From an uncultured virus (IMG/VR IMGVR_UViG_3300045999_004337) (lineage: Duplodnaviria; Heunggongvirae; Uroviricota; Caudoviricetes): 64,000 nt of DNA. Made by a program: the position numbers and the translations under genes. Below are positions 58,386 through 64,000 of this stretch, piece after piece. The stretch is taken from the IMG/VR virus record IMGVR_UViG_3300045999_004337; one strand, 5' to 3'. The notes below the pieces were generated by a model that was given only the letters and a program-made list of their open reading frames with translations, had not been told where the DNA came from and ran no database searches. Numbering within the stretch: position 1 is the stretch's first letter; each line of letters begins with the position of its first letter.

Positions 58386-60077
58386 TTAGTCTTTCTTCGA
58401 TTCCGGCTTCTTCTTAGAGACGGACTTCTTCGCTGGCTCTTCCGGCATCATCTCCTGCTGCATCTGCATCTGCTGCAACTGCTGCTGCATCTGTACATCA
58501 CCGACCATCTGCGTGGATGCCACCTGAGTCGATACGGTGGTCGGAACTGCGGACTGAGGATCCGTTGCCTTCTCGTCCTGAATCTCGGAGAAGACATCCT
58601 CAATCTCGTCCTCGGTCATCCTCAGGATGTTCTTCTGTATGTACTTCTTGGAGAAATACTTGCCAATGTGGGCATCTGCCATGTTGACCAGGTTGAGCCT
58701 GTTGGTCATGATCTCGTTGTCCTTGGCTTCCGTGAAGTATGAATCCTTGCGGAAGTTGAACCTCAGAAGAGGCTCCAGCATCTCCCAATCGTCCTTGGTT
58801 ATGACTCCCTTGAGGATCAACTGAGTCTTCAGTAGTTCCCTGAAGAGTTCGGAGAACTTCTTCTGCAACCTTTCGATGAAGCGGAAGAACTTGAGTTCGT
58901 CTCGGGTGATCTCAGCCTGACGACCCATGTTGAAGCCGTTCTGGTCGGTCTCTAGCCTTGAGAACGGGACATTGAGGCTCTTGTAGAGTTTCTTCTGGAA
59001 GTAGAGGACATCGTCCATCTGACCGAGGTTTTGACCGCCTGGAAGGGTTCCGATCTCGGTTCCCTTGCCGCCTTCGCGCCTAGGAAGCCAGAAGTCCTCA
59101 AGCATGGTCATGTGCCGCCGTTCGTCCTTGAGTTCTCCCGTGGAGGCATCGTAGACCAACTTGTTGCGATAGCGGTTCATGACCTCCTTCAGATACTGCT
59201 CTGCCTTTGCCTTGGGGAGGTTTCCCGTGTCGATGTAGAAGATTCTTCGCTCTGGCGCTCTTGCCATCCTGTAGATGACGAGCGCGTCCTCCATCATCTT
59301 CAGTTGGTTCATGGGCTTGAGAGCCTTGTGGATGTATGACAGAACCCTCTTCTTGCCAGCGTCGAACAGACCGCTGTGGACATAACAAACGGAGTCCGTG
59401 GCAATCCTAACGCCCTTCAGAGGGGTGACGGGAGTGTATGCTGCGGTGGATGTGACCGTTTCCTCTCGCTCGGTGTAGACGAAGAACTCGTCCACCCGCT
59501 CAACCACATCCGCATTGGTCTTCGTGTCCTTCTTCTTCTGCACATTGCGGATCTTGCGGATATTGGTGGATTCGATTGGTCGTATCTCCACCATTCCAGC
59601 CTGTGGGTTGTTCTTGTCGATTATCTTGTGGAAGTAGAGCCTTCCGTCAGTATACCACTTGCGGAATATCTCGTATCCCTTGTCCTGAAACTTCAGCAAC
59701 CTCAGGACTTCAGAGAACTCATTCTCTATCTCGGAGGCTATCTTCTGTGGAACCCTCTTCTTGTCCACTAGTATCTCTACGGGATTGTTGCTGCTGTCGT
59801 AGACTATTGCCTCGTCGCAGATGTCGGCTATAGCCATCTCCACCTCGGGATAGAGAGCCATTTCCCGATACTTGCGTATCATGTCGCTGGTGGACTTTAT
59901 GCCGCCATCGAAGTCCATGTAGGACGAGAAATAGACACCTGAAGTCACGGGCAAAGCACCGTCATCATAGTCTGGAGGAGCGAACGAAGCGGATGCGGTG
60001 ACATCCTCGCTCTTCACGGTGGGGGCGACAGTCTTGCCTGTGCGGCTTATCGAATAACCAAAAATGTCAAATGCCAT
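58386..60077 (-). CDS. 20: Portal protein gp20
   Basis: YR.ARAPERRIFYID.GNLP, EDFWLPRREGGKGTEI.TLPGG. Confidence 0.98.
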   Translation of the reverse strand: MAFDIFGYSISRTGKTVAPTVKSEDVTASASFAPPDYDDGALPVTSGVYFSSYMDFDGGIKSTSDMIRKYREMALYPEVEMAIADICDEAIVYDSSNNPVEILVDKKRVPQKIASEIENEFSEVLRLLKFQDKGYEIFRKWYTDGRLYFHKIIDKNNPQAGMVEIRPIESTNIRKIRNVQKKKDTKTNADVVERVDEFFVYTEREETVTSTAAYTPVTPLKGVRIATDSVCYVHSGLFDAGKKRVLSYIHKALKPMNQLKMMEDALVIYRMARAPERRIFYIDTGNLPKAKAEQYLKEVMNRYRNKLVYDASTGELKDERRHMTMLEDFWLPRREGGKGTEIGTLPGGQNLGQMDDVLYFQKKLYKSLNVPFSRLETDQNGFNMGRQAEITRDELKFFRFIERLQKKFSELFRELLKTQLILKGVITKDDWEMLEPLLRFNFRKDSYFTEAKDNEIMTNRLNLVNMADAHIGKYFSKKYIQKNILRMTEDEIEDVFSEIQDEKATDPQSAVPTTVSTQVASTQMVGDVQMQQQLQQMQMQQEMMPEEPAKKSVSKKKPESKKD

Positions 60078-60099
60078 TCAGTTCTCCTGCAAATCGCTA

Positions 60100-60669
60100 T
60101 CAACCACCAGGCGTGAGCGGCGTGAGGGTTGGAAGCGGGGTTGCATCAGGCGTTCCGACGTTCGATGTGAAGTAGGTGTAGGCTAGCGTGACCGAGAACT
60201 CCTCGATCTGATCGACCGCATCGTAACTCACTTCGATGGGGGAGATTTCCGTTGGGAAGCATCCGACCATCGTGTAAGCCTTGACGGGCTTGCCTGTGCG
60301 GTCGAGTTGGTTGATCGTCCAGTCGCAGAAGATGGGCTGCGAGAAGTTGAGGAACTCGTTCCTTGCGACATTCCGCTGCATCGACTGAATGCCATCGACC
60401 CAGAGTTCAAAGAGGTTCCTCAACTGGAACTTGCTGTCGTTGTAGACGGAGATCGTCCAGTCTCCGAAGGCACGGTCGCCGGGAACCTTGAGCCGTCTTC
60501 CGCGATAGGGAACCTCTATGGTTCCGAGCGCGGTTCCTGGCAGGGTGGCGGCACGGACAAGGAACGGAGTCAGGGGACTCTCGGTTCCTCCGATTCGTCC
60601 CTGAACCTCGAAGAGGGTTGGCTTTACTCCCGAACCTGTGAATGCGTTGGCGAAGTTTCTGATGTTCAT
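60100..60669 (-). CDS. 19: Tail tube gp19
   Basis: LPG...G.IEVPYRGR..K.PGDR.F..W, IEEF.VT. Confidence 0.96.
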   Translation of the reverse strand: MNIRNFANAFTGSGVKPTLFEVQGRIGGTESPLTPFLVRAATLPGTALGTIEVPYRGRRLKVPGDRAFGDWTISVYNDSKFQLRNLFELWVDGIQSMQRNVARNEFLNFSQPIFCDWTINQLDRTGKPVKAYTMVGCFPTEISPIEVSYDAVDQIEEFSVTLAYTYFTSNVGTPDATPLPTLTPLTPGG

Positions 60670-60694
60670 TCTGGTTTACTCCCTATCCTTCTAT

Positions 60695-63415
60695 CTATTC
60701 GAGGGTCTGAAGGTTGAAATCGGATCTTGTTGCGATGAAGTTCAACTGGATGAAGTTGATGGACTTCTGCGGCTTGATGTAGATGTCAGCCACGAACTGG
60801 TTGCTGTCGATGACCTGTGCGGTGTTGTTGGTCTCGTCGCAGACCACCTTGAAGTCTGCAATAGCCCTCTGACCGACCAGGCTGTTGAGGAACGGATTCA
60901 CCAGGTTCCTGAACTGAGATCTGGTGAACTCGTCGTTGAACTCGAAGAGGCTGAACTTGGCGGCACGGGCAATCGCCTTCTCTATGGAGATGAACACGCG
61001 GCGAACATTGATGCGGTCGAACGCGCTGTTCTTGACCAGAAGGGTCTTGTCCCCGAAGAGGACGGTTCCGCTTCCATCGGCAAACTCGTTGAAGAAGTTG
61101 ATCTGGTTCTTGTAGAGTTCGTCCCTGTCGTCCTTGGTGAACTGGGTCTCCAGACGGATGACATTCCTGAGGTTGCCTCTTGCGAATCCGGCGGGGGATT
61201 CCCAGAAGACTTCCTGACCGCACATGATTCCCGCGATGTCGGAAGACAGGGACATCTTCCGCGTCTGCGAGTTGTAGGTGTCGAAGAATATCTTACGTCC
61301 AGCGACGAGGACCGTGTAGGAGTTCGACGGGATCGTCAGGTTGGTCTTCCTGAACTTGACGGCATTTGCCGCAACGATTCCCGAGTTGGGGTTGAATCCT
61401 GCGGGCGGTGCTGTCGGAATGACGAGTATGGTGTCCTTCCTGGGTTCGATGACCGTGTCGAAGACCTGGCTCTCAAGCACCGTCTGCGACTGAGAGAGGT
61501 CGTTGGAGACGGACGATTCCGGGATGAAGATGATGTCTGCCGCATTGTCGTCCTGGGCGAACAGGCTGTATGCTGCCATGAGTTCTGAAAGGGTAGCCGC
61601 GCTGTTTCCAGCCGAGTCTCCGAACTTCAACTGAGTGTCGTATGACCCCACCCGCGTGTAGGTGATGCCGTCAGCACCGACCTTCTGCGAGGTGATGTCT
61701 CCGAAGACCGTGCTTGCAAGCGATGTGCTGTTGCCCAATCCGCCCTGATACGGAAGAACCTTCGTCATGTAGACGAACTGCGAGTTGGTGTTGATGTAGT
61801 CCTTGTAGAAGATGGACTCTCCGTCCAGGTTCTTGGCATCGGATGCCTTGGAGAGGAGTTCAAACCGCTCAAGGATGGAACCCTTAGTACCGAACTTTCC
61901 ACCCGCATCGACAACTGCGATGCTGATCTCGTCGTTCGATCCTCCCTGCGACAGGGCATAGGACGAAGTGGCAGGGATGCTTCCGAACAACTTGGACGAG
62001 GAGAACGGCTCTCCGCTGGATGTAGTCGTGGAAGATGAGTCGCTGCGAACGCCAAACTGCACGATTCCGAACTTGAGGTTGTTCCTGACCCCCGTGATGC
62101 CACCCGTGACATCGAAGGTGATTCCGACCGTCTCGATGTTGGACGAGTCCTGGTCAATCCTGCGCTTGTAGGATCTGCCTCCGGTGATACCGATCAACTG
62201 CGCCCAACCCTTGACGGTTCCCGATGGAGCAGAACCGATGAGTTCCTCTCCCGCCCGCGACCAGTTGATCACATAGTTCTCGAAGTTGCTTGTCTGGACC
62301 GACTGAGGACTAGATGGCTCCACGAACAGCGGCTGGAAGTTGGAGGGAAGACCGCTTTCCGACACGACCTCTACGCGGCTGATGGTGAATGCCGTGTTGC
62401 CTGGATCGGGAGATCCCGTGCGGAACCTGGTTCCCATGTTGGAGTAGTCTCCGTTCAGGAACAGGATGTCTACGAAGTTGCTGTTAGTGGTATTCAAGCG
62501 GCAGAAGATGTTGCCAGGAATACCGTAGTGGTAGAATGGATTGAACCTGTGGTCTCCGTCGCCAGGAGCGAACCTTTCGGCTGCGTAGTAGTTGGCTGCG
62601 TTGCCATCGGGATTCGACCCAGTTCCCGTCAAGGTGAAGTTTTGAGCCGTGGTTCCACGGGCATACAAGATGTTGAACTTGTTGATGTCCTGATTGACGG
62701 TCGAGATGAACTCGGTCGCTGCGACCTTGGGCTGAACCGTGACTGTGAACCAAGGAATGCTCTCGAACGAGACACCAGCCGAGGACTGCTGCGCACCGCT
62801 TCCGCGATCCGAGAAGCCCGTGTATGTCACTCCGTAGTTTCCGCTAGATACTCCCGTGATGGCTCCTGCATAACCACCAAGTAGGGTGAAATCGCTGTAT
62901 GCGGGGGTGGAAACGCTGTCGGATGTTCCTCCGTCGAAGAGGACGACTCTGAGCGAGTTTCCGAATGTGCCAGGATACCTTGCCTTGAAGTATGCCTTCG
63001 TCTCGATCCCGTCTCCTGCCGAGAATCCACCAAGAGTCCTGAACTGGTCGATGTTGCGGATGGTCCGCTGATCAACGCTGCCGATCCATGTCACGCCCGC
63101 ATCGTCCGATGTGGCATTGACCTCTCCAGCCTTGATGGCACGGATGACCTTCAGAGGCGAGGAGTAGCGGAGGAAGTTTGCCGCAGCGTTGAAGTCCTGG
63201 TTTCCATCGACGGCGGATGCATCGCTTGTCGGCTTTCCGAAGATGGTCGCAAGGTTGCTTTCCGTGCTGATGTTGGTGGCAACCAGACCTGGTCCCCAGT
63301 TGAAGATTCCGACCATGCCGCCAACATTGAGTCCCTCGGGGACGATGAACTGCGAGAGGTCGATCTCTGAAACATTTACTCCAGGACTGAGTTGCGTTGG
63401 AATGGGATTAGCCAT
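60695..63415 (-). CDS. 18: Tail sheath gp18, copy B (906 aa, large central insertion)
   Basis: LSPGV.V.EID, F.WGP, SPAG..RG, FDRINVRR, SINFIQLNF. Confidence 0.95.
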   Translation of the reverse strand: MANPIPTQLSPGVNVSEIDLSQFIVPEGLNVGGMVGIFNWGPGLVATNISTESNLATIFGKPTSDASAVDGNQDFNAAANFLRYSSPLKVIRAIKAGEVNATSDDAGVTWIGSVDQRTIRNIDQFRTLGGFSAGDGIETKAYFKARYPGTFGNSLRVVLFDGGTSDSVSTPAYSDFTLLGGYAGAITGVSSGNYGVTYTGFSDRGSGAQQSSAGVSFESIPWFTVTVQPKVAATEFISTVNQDINKFNILYARGTTAQNFTLTGTGSNPDGNAANYYAAERFAPGDGDHRFNPFYHYGIPGNIFCRLNTTNSNFVDILFLNGDYSNMGTRFRTGSPDPGNTAFTISRVEVVSESGLPSNFQPLFVEPSSPQSVQTSNFENYVINWSRAGEELIGSAPSGTVKGWAQLIGITGGRSYKRRIDQDSSNIETVGITFDVTGGITGVRNNLKFGIVQFGVRSDSSSTTTSSGEPFSSSKLFGSIPATSSYALSQGGSNDEISIAVVDAGGKFGTKGSILERFELLSKASDAKNLDGESIFYKDYINTNSQFVYMTKVLPYQGGLGNSTSLASTVFGDITSQKVGADGITYTRVGSYDTQLKFGDSAGNSAATLSELMAAYSLFAQDDNAADIIFIPESSVSNDLSQSQTVLESQVFDTVIEPRKDTILVIPTAPPAGFNPNSGIVAANAVKFRKTNLTIPSNSYTVLVAGRKIFFDTYNSQTRKMSLSSDIAGIMCGQEVFWESPAGFARGNLRNVIRLETQFTKDDRDELYKNQINFFNEFADGSGTVLFGDKTLLVKNSAFDRINVRRVFISIEKAIARAAKFSLFEFNDEFTRSQFRNLVNPFLNSLVGQRAIADFKVVCDETNNTAQVIDSNQFVADIYIKPQKSINFIQLNFIATRSDFNLQTLE

Positions 63416-63424
63416 TTTCTCTCC

Positions 63425-64000
63425 TTAGATGATCTCGGTGAAGGTGCTGTCTGTCCTGGTCGCGATGAAGTTCAACTGGATGAAGTTGATGCTTCGGTTG
63501 GGCTTGATGAAGATGTCTGCGACGAACTGGTTGTTGTCGATGACCTGACCTGTGTTGTTGGTCTCGTCGCACACGACCTTGAAGTCGGTGATGCCGCGCT
63601 GCGCCTGTATGCTCCTGAGGTAGGGGATGACCAGGTTGCGGAACTGAGACCTAGTGAACTCGTCGTTGAACTCGAAGAGGCTGAACTTCGCTGCGGTGGA
63701 GATAGCCCTCTCCACCGTGATGAAGAGCCTACGGACATTGATTCGGTCGAACGCGGACGGCTTCTTGAGAAGGGTCTTGTCTCCGTAGAGAAGGGTTCCC
63801 TCTCCGCTGAATGTAGCCACGGGATTGACACCCGCCGAGTAGAGGATGTCACGCGCAGCCTGATCGGGGTTGAACGCCAGTTTCACGACATTCTTCAGCG
63901 ATCCACGGTTCGGTCCCGCTGGGGAGAACCAAGGCTGAGACGTGAACTCGCTCCTTGCGGCAAGACCAGCCGTGTCGGAGTTCAGAGGGATGTATCGGAA
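63425..64000 (-). CDS. 18: Tail sheath gp18, copy A (5'-truncated by the window edge)
   Basis: PWFSPAG, GDKT, FDRINVRRLF, RSINFIQLNF. Confidence 0.95.
   Translation of the reverse strand, partial: FRYIPLNSDTAGLAARSEFTSQPWFSPAGPNRGSLKNVVKLAFNPDQAARDILYSAGVNPVATFSGEGTLLYGDKTLLKKPSAFDRINVRRLFITVERAISTAAKFSLFEFNDEFTRSQFRNLVIPYLRSIQAQRGITDFKVVCDETNNTGQVIDNNQFVADIFIKPNRSINFIQLNFIATRTDSTFTEII

Noticed and set aside
60716..63760. Diversity-generating retroelement TR/VR pair in the sheath C-termini
   Set aside because: No reverse transcriptase in the window; the similarity is explained by paralogy.
1..64000. tRNA or rRNA genes
   Set aside because: No cloverleaf or T-loop signature seen in the short intergenic regions; tRNAscan-SE would confirm.

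Overview
This window is a 64-kb piece of a large T4-like (contractile-tail) bacteriophage genome, with most genes on the minus strand. The conserved core reads gp18, gp18, gp19, gp20, gp67-like, gp21, gp22, gp23, gp3, uvsY, cd, uvsW, gp55, gp47, gp46, gp45, gp44, gp62, regA, gp43, uvsX, gp41, gp61, thyX, nrdJ, gp33, gp32, exonuclease. Accessory blocks interrupt this core: an eight-gene glycan-synthesis cluster (GT7, GT10, HtrL-like, NTP-transferase, HAD and others), collagen-like and fibre genes, an intein-bearing DNA methyltransferase, an intein-bearing modular protein, and a cassette of small motif-sharing ORFs. The most unusual item is the DNA polymerase gene, which is in three pieces: it is split at the fingers by a GIY-YIG endonuclease gene, and broken again just after motif B by a GTAGG-TTAGG junction that needs recoding or is an error. 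Other notable items are two tandem tail-sheath genes, a candidate structured late sRNA behind gp32, a shifted late-promoter consensus ((A/C)TA(C/G/A)ATA), sigma70-type promoters with a uniform 16-bp spacer (several leaderless), and apparent absence of GGCC, AGCT and TTAA. All calls come from reading motifs by eye; no database search was run.
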